Assembly: GCA_963830935.1 (NCBI GenBank)
Contig: CAWHOC010000005.1
Coordinates: forward strand, 1,839 to 65,838
Length of the DNA: 64,000 nt
Source of the DNA: an uncultured bacterium
GTDB taxonomy: Bacteria; Patescibacteriota; Minisyncoccia; UBA6257; 2-01-FULL-56-20
Reading direction: 5' to 3'
Shown here: piece by piece, positions 38,738-49,735 of the stretch
Position numbering within the stretch: position 1 is the stretch's first letter
Layout of the letters: each line of letters opens with the position of its first letter
Notes under the pieces: model-generated
Told to the model about the DNA's origin: nothing
Database searches by the model: none
The model's input: only the letters and a program-made list of their open reading frames with translations
Made by a program: the position numbers and the translations under genes

Positions 38738-38847
38738 GGTTTCCTGATTTTTCTCTTGATGGCAGAAAGGCGACACTGCGGGCGCCGGGGAGATCCCGGT
38801 GATCGATGAGGGAACTGCCGCCCCTCCAAGAGAAAAATGAGGAAGCC
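38738..38847. other. hairpin H5: 21-bp AT-rich stem around a 68-nt GC-rich interior
   Basis: GGTTTCCTGATTTTTCTCTTG pairs with CAAGAGAAAAATGAGGAAGCC (one mismatch, one G-U). The interior holds nested GGCAG...CTGCC and CCGGG-gagat-CCCGG. Confidence 0.6.
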
Positions 38848-38994
38848 TATTTTATTTCTCGATATTGCCCCCTCAGCTTCTTTTCTGGACGATAATAGCA
38901 ATTAAAAACGCTCTTGGCGCTCCCGTGAGGATCATAGACCACGATCAGCGCCTCATGCTCCTTCCGCGCCCACAATCGCTTATATTTACTGATT

Positions 38995-40116
38995 TTACAA
39001 AAGCGCGTCAAGATAATTTTTGCGATTGATGACTTGAAAAGATGCATCGGGATATGATTCGCGCCATGAAGCCGGCGGGGATGAGCGGGCCTCCGACCAC
39101 TTACATTCGATTGCCGCAAGTGCTCCGTTTGATTCCTTAATGATGTCCACTTCTTGCCCGGCATGCGTTCTCCAGAAATAATACGAATCGGATGCGCCTT
39201 CGATGGAACTTTTTTTTACCAACTCCATAAAAACGAAATTCTCCCAAAGAGCGCCGATGTCGTTGCGCAAAGCGAGTGGGTTGAACTGCGCGATCACCGC
39301 ATTGCGCACGCCATTATCAAGAAAATAATATTTTGACTTTTTCGATATTTCATTCCGCAAGTTGCGGCTGAATCCCCTGATCCTTTTGATGATGAACATT
39401 TTTTCCAAAAGATCGATGTATTTCGCAGCGGTCTTTGCATCCGTTCTCGCCGTGCGGGCAACTTCATTAATGGACACTTCGTTTCCCATCTGAAACGCAA
39501 GGCACTTTACGATATCAAGGAGTGTATCGGGAGACCGCACCGCCTCGAGCGCGAGCGCGTCCTTAAAAAGATATGACGAAATGAGCTCGCTCAAAATCTT
39601 CCTTTTTCTATCCACATCAGGTTCGTTTAACACTTCCGGGTATGAGCCATAGATGAGGAACCGTTCAAGATCGCCCTCAAGCTCAAAGCGGCTGCCTTCC
39701 ATTTCTCCTTGCGAAAACGGCAGAAGGGTCAGCGTAAAATGGCGACCGGTCAAAGGTTCTCCCACTTTGTTGGATAAATCGAAAGAAGACGATCCTGTCA
39801 GGATGATATTTTTTTCAGGGAAGGCGTCTATCATCATTTTTGCCCCAAGCCCGATTGAGGGAATGGATTGCGCCTCATCAATAGCGATAATGTCGTACGG
39901 GCTGGCGAAGTCAAGGATTCCGTTTCGATCTTCGGACTGAAAGATATTGCGCAAACGGATATCATCGCCAGTCGAAGAAAAAACGTTTTTGCCCGACTGT
40001 GTTTTTAAATATTCGCCGAGTAATGTTGTCTTTCCCACTCTCCGTGGTCCATAAACAACCAAAACTCTCTTTGGTTCCAAAGCCTCGACAATATTCTGCT
40101 TTCTCTTAAATTTCAT
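38995..40116 (-). CDS. AAA-family ATPase with a DUF4143-type C-terminal domain
   Basis: Walker A YGPRRVGKTTLL and Walker B IIAIDEAQ. 373 aa and intact. Confidence 0.8.
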   Translation of the reverse strand: MKFKRKQNIVEALEPKRVLVVYGPRRVGKTTLLGEYLKTQSGKNVFSSTGDDIRLRNIFQSEDRNGILDFASPYDIIAIDEAQSIPSIGLGAKMMIDAFPEKNIILTGSSSFDLSNKVGEPLTGRHFTLTLLPFSQGEMEGSRFELEGDLERFLIYGSYPEVLNEPDVDRKRKILSELISSYLFKDALALEAVRSPDTLLDIVKCLAFQMGNEVSINEVARTARTDAKTAAKYIDLLEKMFIIKRIRGFSRNLRNEISKKSKYYFLDNGVRNAVIAQFNPLALRNDIGALWENFVFMELVKKSSIEGASDSYYFWRTHAGQEVDIIKESNGALAAIECKWSEARSSPPASWRESYPDASFQVINRKNYLDALL

Positions 40117-40175
40117 TGAATTTATGGTATCATGATACTTCGAATTAAGTCAAATTTGTTCCTAAAACTCCCCAA

Positions 40176-40206
40176 AACAAAACAGCCCCGAAGGGCTGTT
40201 TTGTTC
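40176..40206. terminator. bidirectional rho-independent terminator
   Basis: AAAACAAAACAGCCC-cgaa-GGGCTGTTTTGTT. Confidence 0.8.
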
Positions 40207-40250
40207 TCTGATCCGAAAGTCACAAGCTATCGGATCATGTGAGCGAACGA

Positions 40251-43200
40251 CTAGTTGGTAAACCAGTGATGTTCGTGGCTAGGAACCGGGAGCGCGATGG
40301 ACGGGCTGAGGCGAAGCTGATGCTCGTGCCAGTGCGTCGCCATCGCTGCCAAGTCACAGCCCGTCAAGGAGGATCTGGTAGCTGCCCGTGCTGCCACCTG
40401 GTGCTGCCGAATTGAGCGCCGGTCCGGGGCGAGTAGGTCTTCACGAGCAAGGTCTTCGAAGAGCTGGACGGGATGACCCACTGGTGTGTTGACTCGGCAC
40501 CATAGTTGAATGTCGCCGTGATCCGTGCCAGTCAGCGTCGTCGAAGCCAAAGAGCACTCGACGGAGCCGAGGCATCATAGAGGCCAAGTTTCTCGTCGTG
40601 CTCGTCGGTGCGACCAACGATCCTGCCGTCTCCAAGGTGCACTGATATCACCTGTCGGGTTCATGTTGCCACTGCCTGCCGTGAAGGTGAATTCACCAAT
40701 GGTGTTACCAACAGCCAGGAGAGCTGTTCGGCGTTGACCATCCGGTCGTACCGGCGACATTCAACGTCGTCTGGTAGATCGTGAAGAGGTTACCCATACC
40801 ACTTGAGAGGGAAACGTACGTCGTCGTCGCGTTGGTCGCGTTGGTGTACTGGTAGCTCTGCAAGTCATACGCGTGCGTTCCGCCTGATGTCGCATACGGG
40901 TATGCATTCGTATCCGCCACCAAGTTCACGTACGTCGTGCTGTTCACAGGAACCGAGAGACCGGACAAGTTGAAGGTCAACACGCCGCTCTGCTCGCTCG
41001 CCGTGCTCAACACGTTTCCGCTCGTATCCGTCAACCGATAGTTGAAGAGATCCGAAGCATTGCCCTGTGGTCGAGGTGATTCGTCGTGGTCGCAGCGTCG
41101 ATGATCGTTACCTGCGTCAATGTCTCGCTGCCGTTATTATCAGCAGCAAACTGGTATTGAGCCACGTTCACGCCCGGAACATTCATGCCAAGCTATGAGG
41201 CCTGCGACGTGCCTGCCGAGAGCGATCCGGTCAAGGTGCCTCCCGTGTTGAAGGCGAGATCCTGACCCGGAACCGGAGTGGCAAGCGAGATCGCGTTGCC
41301 CGCCTGGGTTGACGCATTCACTGCATAGAGATCCGTCGCGCCGCCGCGGTCGTGGTCGTGCTCGCATTCGAGCTGATGTTTGCATAAACATCAAGCGTTA
41401 CGGAGCCGTTCGCGGCGATCGAGATCGGCGCGTTGCTGTTGAAGCTGTAGACGCCCGTGCTCGCGACCGTTGCATAGGTCTGGCCGAGCTGCGTGCTGCC
41501 ATCCATCACTTCAAGGTTGGTCAACCAGCTCGGGTACGCAGCGAGAACCGTGCTCGTTACCTGGATGGTAACGCCGGTCAAATTGACCGGGTTAACCTGT
41601 CCGGCAGTGAGCGTGTACGATCCGATCTTCACCTGCTGTGCGCCAGCCGAAGCCGACACCGGGGTACCCAAGCCATAGTTCTCGTTCACAACAAGATTCG
41701 TGCTTTGAGGCAAGAATGTGAAGGGTGTTGCCCGGAACCAGAAGATACTCGGCCCGGACCGGTCAATACGTCGTGTAGCTCTGCGCGGCAGTGCACCGGT
41801 CGTACCGTCAAACGTCACCTGCACAGAACCCGTGGAGGTCGCATTGATATCACCGTAGACCGTCAAGACGCGGGTCGTGTTGGCCGGGATGATGTAGTTC
41901 AAGTTGCCAGTGCCTTCAGGGACAGCTGTAGTGCCAGGTCGCGTTGACCGTGGTGCCGATCTGGGCGCCCTGATCGTCAATGACGCGGAAGTTGTTGATC
42001 GTCTGAGCGACGGTCGGCGTGATAGTGAAGTTCATTTGAGTGAACTTGATGCTGTCGCCGGAAGCCAAGACGTCAAACTTCGCGAGCACCTGGTTGGTGT
42101 TCCCTGCCACCACATTGGTGGTCGGGCTCGCCGGATCCCTGGATACTACGACGCCGCCGTTGTTGATCTGAACGTTGGAGAAGGTAACCGGGAAGCCTCC
42201 ATTGTTAAGAACGTTCTGGATGCTTGCGCCGATGCCGACTCCATACGTGGTGTCAACCGCCTGAATGTCAGACGACTGCTGTATGGAGAACTGGAACGTG
42301 CGGTTTACGCCGCCAGTGATGTCCGCATAGAGCGACAACACCGCCGATTGGCCGGAGGTCAACATGAGCGGCGCGCCGGAAAGGTCGAACGTCGCGATAT
42401 TGTTGCTGCCAAGCGAGGAAAGCGTCGCGCCAAGCTGGGTCGAACCATCCATCAGTTTGATGTTCTGGAGATAGCTCGGCGTTACGCTTCCGATATTCGT
42501 GAAGGTCAACGCGGTCACCTTGACCGGGTTGTTGCCGGCCTGAACCGTTACCTGACCGACGAGATCATTCAACTGGCCCGCATTACACCGTTGTTAAGCG
42601 ATGACGTCGCGCTCGTGATATTAAGCGTCGCCAAGTTATTGACCGATGCAATCGTGAACTGGGCGCTGTTCAACGGGAAGTTGCCCGAGAACGTGCCGCC
42701 GGTTACGTTAGCCGCGGAAGCCAAGCCGATCTGGAAGATGTGGCCTGAGTTCGACGCAGCCTGCGATCCGGTCTCTCCGCCATTGTTGACATCAACCGTG
42801 ACGGTGACGACCATCGTGGAATTCGCCGGGACCGTAAAGAGTCCTGCGCCATTCGAGAAGGTGATCGCGCCATTGTTGAAGCCGAGGTTTGACGCCAACT
42901 TGGTCGCGCCACTGTAGAGGTAGACGTTGTTCAAGTCGGAATCCTGCGAAAGTCCTGAACGGGTCAAGACCAAGTTCGTGACGGTGACGGGTGTCGCGCC
43001 AGCCGTGAAGTCAAGCTTCAGGACCGGAGTGTTCGACCGCGCCTGCCGCTACGTTGACCGAACCCGGGGTCTGCGTGGATCGACGGAGCGATCGCGACAA
43101 CGGAGCGCTGAGCCCTGTCGCGAAGCACCGTTACGTCCGTGAACCGTGGTCACCGTGGTCGTGTACCCGTGCTCATCGAATTGATGAAAGCGCGGGTCTT

Positions 43201-43596
43201 AGGACCAAAGTAACCAACCGAAGGGGTGATGCCGTTCGCTGCCTGGAATTTTCCGAGCGCTGCTTGCGTCAGCGCGCCGAAGTATTCGGTCGGAGTGGCG
43301 AGACCGCCGTGAGATATCCTTGTTGAATCAAAAACTTCTGGAGGGCCGTGACTGCGCGCCTGTGGAACCAACGGTGAGGTCGCTGGTAAAGTCATAGGTC
43401 GTGCGCCGACCGAGGGCCGCCAGAAGCATTCAATTGGACTCTGGAGTGTCTGGATCTGGGCGAGCAAAGCCGCGATCTGAGCCTGAAGGCTCGACGTGGT
43501 CTGTGCGCTTGCCACAGGTACCAGCGCAGCTGCTCCTACCATCCACAATACTGTGGTGGCGGTGAGTGCCGCTGAAACCAATTTTTTAGAATTCAT
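40251..43596 (-). pseudogene. large surface-layer-like protein (signal peptide, coiled coil, PG-binding-like segment, repeated beta-sandwich modules), at least 8 frame breaks
   Basis: N-terminus MNSKKLVSAALTATTVLWMVGAAALVPVASAQ...LQAQIAALLAQIQTLQ. The fragment GALTQAALGKFQAANGITPSVGYFGPKTRAFIN is present. Repeated modules (MDGSTQLG...SVTLDVYANIS) are spread over ORFs 42569..42973, 41916..42572, 41318..41980 and 40705..41034. The 3' limit is uncertain. Confidence 0.6.
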
Positions 43597-43822
43597 TTTT
43601 ATTTAATTTATCGATTTAATTATTGGTATCGACCTGTTCGCCCGTTATGGGCACTTTCAGCCGTCGACCTTTCCGTGCACCAAATCACGTTTTTATTTTT
43701 TGTTGTTCAGGACCGTTTCCGGCACTTCACTCTATTCGCTCGAGCGGCCGCCTCGTGAGGGAAAGCGACGACCGATCAAATAGAAGAGAGTGGCGAAAAC
43801 GGGGTTGGTATCGTATAAAAGA

Positions 43823-43843
43823 AAAAACTCGCTTTTGGCGAGG
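43823..43843 (-). terminator. rho-independent terminator
   Basis: The minus strand reads CCTCGCC-aaaa-GCGAG followed by TTTTTT. Confidence 0.55.
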
Positions 43844-44037
43844 CTGAAAATGAACAAACAAGAAATTCGACCATAAAAAGTCTCCTCTCCTGCCTGCTGC
43901 GTGCGGTTCAGCCTCACACCGAACCTGTTACTATTATACCCTTATGCTACGTTTGCTGCCGCGGAAAAGGTGTGGAAAAGTATCCAACACTCCCCTCTCT
44001 GATGGCACATAGATAGAACGTCCCGCCGGGCGAAAGG

Positions 44038-44710
44038 TTACCCCGCCTCCGGCATCTCGGCCATCACGTTCGCGCGGTAGAAAACCGACGGCCCGGCATT
44101 GCCGATCCGCTCGATAAGGCCCTGCTCAAGGAGCGTCTGGAGATCGTAGCGGATGGTCCGCTCGCTCGTATTCGGCAAAACATCCTGTATTTCCTTCAAC
44201 CGGCAATTGCCGGATTGCCGGATTCGCTCCAGTATCATATTTTGCCGGATTGCCGAATCGTTTGCCGATTGCCGGATTGCCGGATTCGCGCTCAAGCGTC
44301 GCTGCGGGCATCGTCATAGAAACCATGGCGGGCGCCACCTCTGCCGAATGCTCGGCAATCTCCGGCTTGGAGAATATTTCCGCAACGCTGACCTCGTCCG
44401 TCTTGACCGCCGCCTTCCGCTCCACTATTGCTGCATCAAGCGCGTAGATCTCCCGCATCATCACTTCCACGTTGGGGCTGCCGATCATGCCCACGTCTCC
44501 CCCGAACTTGACGAGACATTCCGTCACGCGGAGCGGGCGTTCTGTGGCGGCATAATCCTCCGCCGCCGCGGCGGCGAGGAGCGCCGTGCCGGACGCCCGG
44601 AGCGATTCGGCAAAGTCCTTTTCCTGCATCCGCTCCGCCAAACGGAATACTGCGTAGACGACCTCGTATGTTTTCGTGAGGATAAAGCGCTCTTTGCCGG
44701 TCTCTTTCAT
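44038..44710 (-). CDS. regulator with a C-terminal DeoR-type winged-helix HTH; frame broken inside an 8-nt tandem repeat at 44271-44286
   Basis: ORF 44126..44746 holds the N-terminal helical domain, with start MKETGKERF at 44710. ORF 44038..44295 holds ILERIRQSGNCRLKEIQDVLPNTSERTIRYDLQTLLEQGLIERIG. The junction lies in ATCCGGCA repeats that encode NPAIRQ. Confidence 0.65.
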
Positions 44711-44711
44711 A

Positions 44712-44746
44712 TGCCGGATTATAATCCGGCAATCCGGCAATTGCAA
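44712..44746 (-). promoter_or_regulatory. promoter TTGCAA-17-TATAAT whose spacer and -10 are built from the TTGCCGGA octamer; 20-bp perfect palindrome over the -10
   Basis: The minus strand reads TTGCAATTGCCGGATTGCCGGATTATAATCCGGCATATG. The palindrome TGCCGGATTATAATCCGGCA is at 44712-44731. TATAAT lies 7 nt before the ATG. Confidence 0.6.
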
Positions 44747-44749
44747 GGT

Positions 44750-45307
44750 TTAATGGTGCTGGGGAGGAAGCGGATGCTCTTTTGCGTAATCATCGCGAAC
44801 CATCCAGGATGCGATCTGGAAAATAAGCGTAAGTGATTCATCTTCGTGATTCACCACATAGTCCTTCACTCGATCCATAATTGGATCGTTCCGAAATGAA
44901 CCGATTGCTAGCTCTGCTTCTTTCTCGTAATCGTAGAGTGTTCGCAGACGCAGTGATTCCATGTGTTTGAAAATTCTTTGCCGGATTGCCGGATAGATCT
45001 CATCAAATCCAGAATCTTTAAGCAACTCCTTTCCTTTCTCGCTTGGGGTAGTCGGACTATTTCTTATCTGATACATCGTGTGCGATGAAAGTGTTGTCGC
45101 GTGTGCCGCGAGAAGTTCCCCCTGTTCCTTCAAAACACCTCTCATCTCTTTAAACTCTGTCTTCGTCTCGACCTTGAACTCCGTCATCTCAACAATAAAA
45201 CTACTCAATCGCTCATCAATGCGTATGATAAGTTCCCGCGTGTTGCCCAAAAGCAACGTGGCAATCCAGTTCCCAACCTTTGTGAACCTTGATAGATTTT
45301 GATCCAT
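44750..45307 (-). CDS. hypothetical protein
   Basis: ORF 44750..45352 with likely start MDQNLSRF at 45307. AT-richer than its surroundings. Contains one ATCCGGCA dimer at 44977-44995. Confidence 0.45.
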   Translation of the reverse strand: MDQNLSRFTKVGNWIATLLLGNTRELIIRIDERLSSFIVEMTEFKVETKTEFKEMRGVLKEQGELLAAHATTLSSHTMYQIRNSPTTPSEKGKELLKDSGFDEIYPAIRQRIFKHMESLRLRTLYDYEKEAELAIGSFRNDPIMDRVKDYVVNHEDESLTLIFQIASWMVRDDYAKEHPLPPQHH

Positions 45308-45393
45308 GATAAAGATTGTTTTTTTACGACAATCCCACCCTAGCACACTCACATTAAAAATATATTAAAAGAACTATGTCGAAAATGCGGAGC

Positions 45394-46098
45394 TTAGAGC
45401 GTCCAGCGGGCGGATGCGGCAACAATGACGAGCAGCGAGAAGAGCACACTCCCCGTGGCGAGCACTTTCGCGCGCGTGAGTTCACCGAACACGTATTGCG
45501 GCACGAGATCGATCAGAATGGCGGCAAGGAGGAATATAATCGCCGACTGATAGAGGAAATCGAGGGGGAGGAACAGCCCGACGATGATCAACTGCCACAT
45601 AAGGATGAACGTCATCCAGCCGAGCATACGGCGGAACGGCTGGGGGGCTTCGGAAAAATTCTTTATAAAACTCGCGACCATCGCGCTGATGGCCACTGCA
45701 GCGACCAGGCCGTACAGGAGCGCGCGCAAGCCGAACGATCCGCCGACGGTCAGGAAAAAACTTCTGAGCAGCAGATACGACAAGAAAAGCATAAGGATTT
45801 CATACGCGGAACGCCGGTCGATGATGAGAAGGTCTTTTACAAGGAGAATGAAATAGAAGATGGCGACGAAGATGATCGCGTCCAGAATCCCCTGGCTCCC
45901 CAGTAAGGATATTAAAAGCAGTGCGAAAAAGGGCGTCGCAACTTTGCCGGCGCCCGTGATCGGAATGAAATAGAGGAAAAGCGCGACGATGAGAAAAAGC
46001 CAGAACGGCAACGCCCACCATGCGACACCAAAAATGACGGCCTTAAGAAGTGAAGACCAGTTCGTTCGCTTTAAAGTTGACCTTAACTTTTCCACCAT
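45394..46098 (-). CDS. polytopic membrane protein, hypothetical
   Basis: Six or more hydrophobic segments. The only ATG (46098) overlaps the clpB 3' end by 56 nt. Confidence 0.5.
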   Translation of the reverse strand: MVEKLRSTLKRTNWSSLLKAVIFGVAWWALPFWLFLIVALFLYFIPITGAGKVATPFFALLLISLLGSQGILDAIIFVAIFYFILLVKDLLIIDRRSAYEILMLFLSYLLLRSFFLTVGGSFGLRALLYGLVAAVAISAMVASFIKNFSEAPQPFRRMLGWMTFILMWQLIIVGLFLPLDFLYQSAIIFLLAAILIDLVPQYVFGELTRAKVLATGSVLFSLLVIVAASARWTL

Positions 46099-48694
46099 CT
46101 TTGAATTCGCCGCGGATGATCTTGTCCGCCAGCTTATCAAGGATAACCTTCTGCATCAATCGCTTCAAGGGGCGCGCGCCGTATTCCGCGCTGAATCCTT
46201 CCTTGGCGAGGTGCGCGCGCGCCGCCGCCTCGACTTCCAGCTTGATCGCACGGTCCGCGAGGCGCTTCTCGATCAGCTTGATCTGGATGTCCACGATCTT
46301 GCCGATGTCCGCTTTATGGAGCGGATTGAAGATGACGACGTCGTCGATGCGGTTCAAAAACTCCGGACGGAAGCTGCCGCGCAATGCCTCCATCACCTTT
46401 TCGCGGTAATCCCCTTCCTCAAGCGACGCCTGCTGGCTTTCCGCGCTGAACCCGATGCGCGACATGGCTTTGAGGTATTCGCTGCCAACGTTCGATGTCA
46501 TGATGATGATCGAGTTCTTGAAGTTGACCACTTTGCCCTTGCTGTCGGTGAGGCGGCCGTTGTCCAACACCTGCAAAAGCAGGTTGAACACTTCGGGATG
46601 CGCTTTTTCTATCTCGTCAAAAAGGATCAAGCTGTACGGCCGGTGGCGAAGGATCTCGGTAAGCTGGCCGCCCTCCTCGTGGCCAACGTAGCCCGGCGGT
46701 GAGCCGATCAGCCGACTGACCGCGTGGCGCTCCATATACTCGGACATGTCCACGCGCACGAGCGCCTTTTCATCATTGAACATAAACTCCGCGAGCGTCC
46801 GGGCGAGCTCCGTCTTTCCAACCCCGGTGGGACCGAGGAACATGAATGAGCCGATCGGGCGGTTCTCGTCCGAAAGCCCCGCGCGGGAGCGGCGCAACGC
46901 GGAGGAAACCGAGGCGATCGCCTCATCCTGGCCGATCACGCGTTCGCGCAACACGTCCTCAATACGGATCAGCTTATCAGTATCCGTCTCGAGCATGCGC
47001 CGGAGGGGAATACCCGTCCAGACGGCCACGATGGCCGCCACGTCTTCCTTGTCCACGGATTCCTTGAGAAAACGCTCGCCGATTGCGCCTTTTGCCCGCT
47101 TGCCCGTCGACGGCCCGCCAAAATTCTTCTTTTCGAACATTTGAAAATCCTTCTCGGCGGCCGGCTGTTCGCCATACATGATCTGCGCCACGCGCTCGAG
47201 GTTGCCTTCACGCTCCGCGATCTCCGCCTCGCGCTTTAAGTTATCCACCTTTTGGCGAAGCTGGTGCAATGTCTCGAATTTGATCTTCTCCGAATGCCAC
47301 TTGCTCGAAAGCTCGTCGTTCTGCGTCTTCAGCTTCGCGAGCTCCTTCTCGATCGCCTTTAAACGATCGGTGGTGACCGACTTCTGCCCTTCCTGCGAAA
47401 GCGCCTGCTTCTCTATCTCCAGGCGCGTGATCTCGCGGCGCGCCTTGTCTATTTCCTTCGGCAAGCTCTCCGACTCCAACCGGCGCGCCGCGGCGGCCTC
47501 GTCGATGAGGTCAACTGCCTTGTCCGGCAAGAAACGGTCGGTGATGTAGCGCGCGGAAAGATTCACGGCCTCAACGATCGCCTCATCGCTGATGCGCATG
47601 CCGTGGTGGATCTCATATTTTTCCTTGAGCCCGCGCAAAATGGAAATCGAGTCCTCAATGGACGGCTCCTCTACTATGATCGGCTGGAAGCGCCGCTCGA
47701 GCGCCGGGTCCTTCTCTATATACTTCTGATATTCGCGGATCGTGGTCGCGCCGATCGCGTGGAGCTCGCCGCGCGCGAGCGCGGGCTTGAGCAAATTGGA
47801 CGCGTCGATCGCGCCTTCCGCGGCGCCGGCGCCGACGATCGTGTGGATCTCATCTATAAATAGGATGATGTTGCCGGAAGCATTCTTCACTTCCTTCATA
47901 AATGCCTTCAAGCGGTCCTCAAACTCGCCGCGGAACTTGGTTCCGGCGATGAGCGAGCCGAGATCTAACATTAATACTTGCTTGCCCTTAAGAAGCTCCG
48001 GCACGTCGCCCGAGGCGATGCGCTGGGCCAATCCTTCAACAATGGCGGTCTTTCCCACGCCCGGTTCGCCGATAAGGCACGGATTGTTCTTGGTGCGGCG
48101 CGAGAGCACCTGCATAAGCCGGCGCAATTCTTCCTCGCGGCCGATGACCGGATCAAGCTCCCCCGCTTTGGCCTTATCGCTTAGATTGATCGCGTATTTT
48201 TCCAACACCTGGAATTTGCTCTCCGGCGTCTCGTCCGTCACGCGCACGGAGCCGCGCAATTGCGCGAGCACGCGGAACGCGCTCTCGCGCCGCACGCCGA
48301 ACTTCTCAAGCAACGACTTTGCCGTACCGGCGACATCAAGCAGAGCAAGCAAAAGATGCTCGCACGAGACGAACTCATCCTTCTGTTGCGCGGCCACCTT
48401 CGCCGCCTGGTCGAGTACTTTCATGAGCTCCTGAGAAAGATAGAGCTGCCCGAGCGCGCTGTTGCTCACGATAGGCGGAATGCGATCAAGCTCTACCTCG
48501 ATCTGTTCGTCCAATTGCTCAAGATTGACGCCGCAACGCTCCAACACCGGAATGACGAGCGACTGCTCGTCCTCAAGCAGGGCCGCGAGCAGATGCACCG
48601 ACTTCAATTCTCCGTGATTCTTTTTTGCCGCGATCTCCTGCGCGTTCTGCAATGCTTCCTGGGCTTTTATAGTAAAACGATGAAAGTTTGGCAT
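46043..48694 (-). CDS. clpB: ATP-dependent chaperone ClpB
   Basis: 883 aa with an N-domain, two AAA+ modules ([16 protein letters not shown]) and a middle coiled coil. Intact. Confidence 0.95.
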   Translation of the reverse strand: MPNFHRFTIKAQEALQNAQEIAAKKNHGELKSVHLLAALLEDEQSLVIPVLERCGVNLEQLDEQIEVELDRIPPIVSNSALGQLYLSQELMKVLDQAAKVAAQQKDEFVSCEHLLLALLDVAGTAKSLLEKFGVRRESAFRVLAQLRGSVRVTDETPESKFQVLEKYAINLSDKAKAGELDPVIGREEELRRLMQVLSRRTKNNPCLIGEPGVGKTAIVEGLAQRIASGDVPELLKGKQVLMLDLGSLIAGTKFRGEFEDRLKAFMKEVKNASGNIILFIDEIHTIVGAGAAEGAIDASNLLKPALARGELHAIGATTIREYQKYIEKDPALERRFQPIIVEEPSIEDSISILRGLKEKYEIHHGMRISDEAIVEAVNLSARYITDRFLPDKAVDLIDEAAAARRLESESLPKEIDKARREITRLEIEKQALSQEGQKSVTTDRLKAIEKELAKLKTQNDELSSKWHSEKIKFETLHQLRQKVDNLKREAEIAEREGNLERVAQIMYGEQPAAEKDFQMFEKKNFGGPSTGKRAKGAIGERFLKESVDKEDVAAIVAVWTGIPLRRMLETDTDKLIRIEDVLRERVIGQDEAIASVSSALRRSRAGLSDENRPIGSFMFLGPTGVGKTELARTLAEFMFNDEKALVRVDMSEYMERHAVSRLIGSPPGYVGHEEGGQLTEILRHRPYSLILFDEIEKAHPEVFNLLLQVLDNGRLTDSKGKVVNFKNSIIIMTSNVGSEYLKAMSRIGFSAESQQASLEEGDYREKVMEALRGSFRPEFLNRIDDVVIFNPLHKADIGKIVDIQIKLIEKRLADRAIKLEVEAAARAHLAKEGFSAEYGARPLKRLMQKVILDKLADKIIRGEFKDGGKVKVNFKANELVFTS

Positions 48695-48864
48695 TTCTGG
48701 ATTTAATTTTATTTCTGATAATACGCCGCAGGAGGTTAAAAAGTTCTTAACTAAATTATACCTTTAATACCGTACCTTGCGCCGATATCTATCAATTATA
48801 GCCGGAAAACGGTCATTGTCAATCTCAAGGGGAGATTGCTAATGATAGTGCCTCCGGCAAGATG

Positions 48865-49602
48865 TCACTCGCTGGCAAGCTTGTTCCACAGGGAATCGAA
48901 GATCAACTTCTGCGTCTCGGCAAGCCCCGCGTCCTCAATGACCACGCTGTGCGGCCGTCCCTGACTGAGCGAGATGATAGCCATCTTCTTGGCGTAAATG
49001 ATGATGTACGCGGGTGCGCCGCGTTTGGTGGTGATCCAGCGGCGTTCATCCAACCCGCGCACATCGCCGCCCGCGCCGATCGCGATCACCTTCGCTTTGA
49101 CCTTCGCCTTGATGCGCCGCTCCGAAAAACTGCTGAAGTTATAGTAGAGGTACTCGCGGATATTCGCTGCGGAGTATACGCGATACACTTTGTCCGCCTC
49201 GCTCGTCATTGTTTTTAAAACGTCTTCCAGTACGAGGCGCGTGCCGGTATGCCCGTCGTGAATCTTGATGACGGGGTCCTCGCGCTTCGTCGCGTAAAAC
49301 GCCTCGAGCGCGGGAAGCGATTTCGTCAGCTCTTTCCGCATGCCGACCAACTTCTGCCGTTCTTCTTTAAAAAACGATTTCAAGATGGACGGATCCTCCG
49401 GCACAAACTGCTGCCTTTGTTTTTTCTGCGAGTGGCTCACGAGGCCGCGATCCGATAGCTCTTTTAGTGCCTCATACACCGTGCCGCGATTGATCCCCGT
49501 GTCCCCCGCAATCTGGCGGATGGAGCCGGAGCCATTCTTCAACAGATGGAGGTAGACCTTTTCTTCGTTGTCCGAAAACCCGAGTTGTTCGAATATTTTC
49601 AT
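48865..49602 (-). CDS. TrmB-family transcriptional regulator
   Basis: MKIFEQLGFSDNEEKVYLHLLKNGSGSIRQIAGDTGINRGTVYEALKELSDRGLV is an N-terminal wHTH. Start at 49602 (the ORF is open to 49692). Confidence 0.65.
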   Translation of the reverse strand: MKIFEQLGFSDNEEKVYLHLLKNGSGSIRQIAGDTGINRGTVYEALKELSDRGLVSHSQKKQRQQFVPEDPSILKSFFKEERQKLVGMRKELTKSLPALEAFYATKREDPVIKIHDGHTGTRLVLEDVLKTMTSEADKVYRVYSAANIREYLYYNFSSFSERRIKAKVKAKVIAIGAGGDVRGLDERRWITTKRGAPAYIIIYAKKMAIISLSQGRPHSVVIEDAGLAETQKLIFDSLWNKLASE

Positions 49603-49735
49603 GTGCTTGATATTTTTATTGTGCGACCGTACTTTCCAGATTACTCCAGCACCATGGACTGTCAAATGTTTTATTGACAATAAAATTGACAACGCGGGCG
49701 GTTCAAAAAAAGAGGCCCGCGATATTCAGCGAGCC

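Noticed and set aside
38847-39164. ORF 38847..39164 as a small toxin-like gene after the AAA ATPase.
   Set aside because: Most of it overlaps the ATPase 3' end in another frame. The non-overlapping tail (LWARKEHEALIVVYDPHG...) has no start codon and no motif I can place. It may be a gene remnant.
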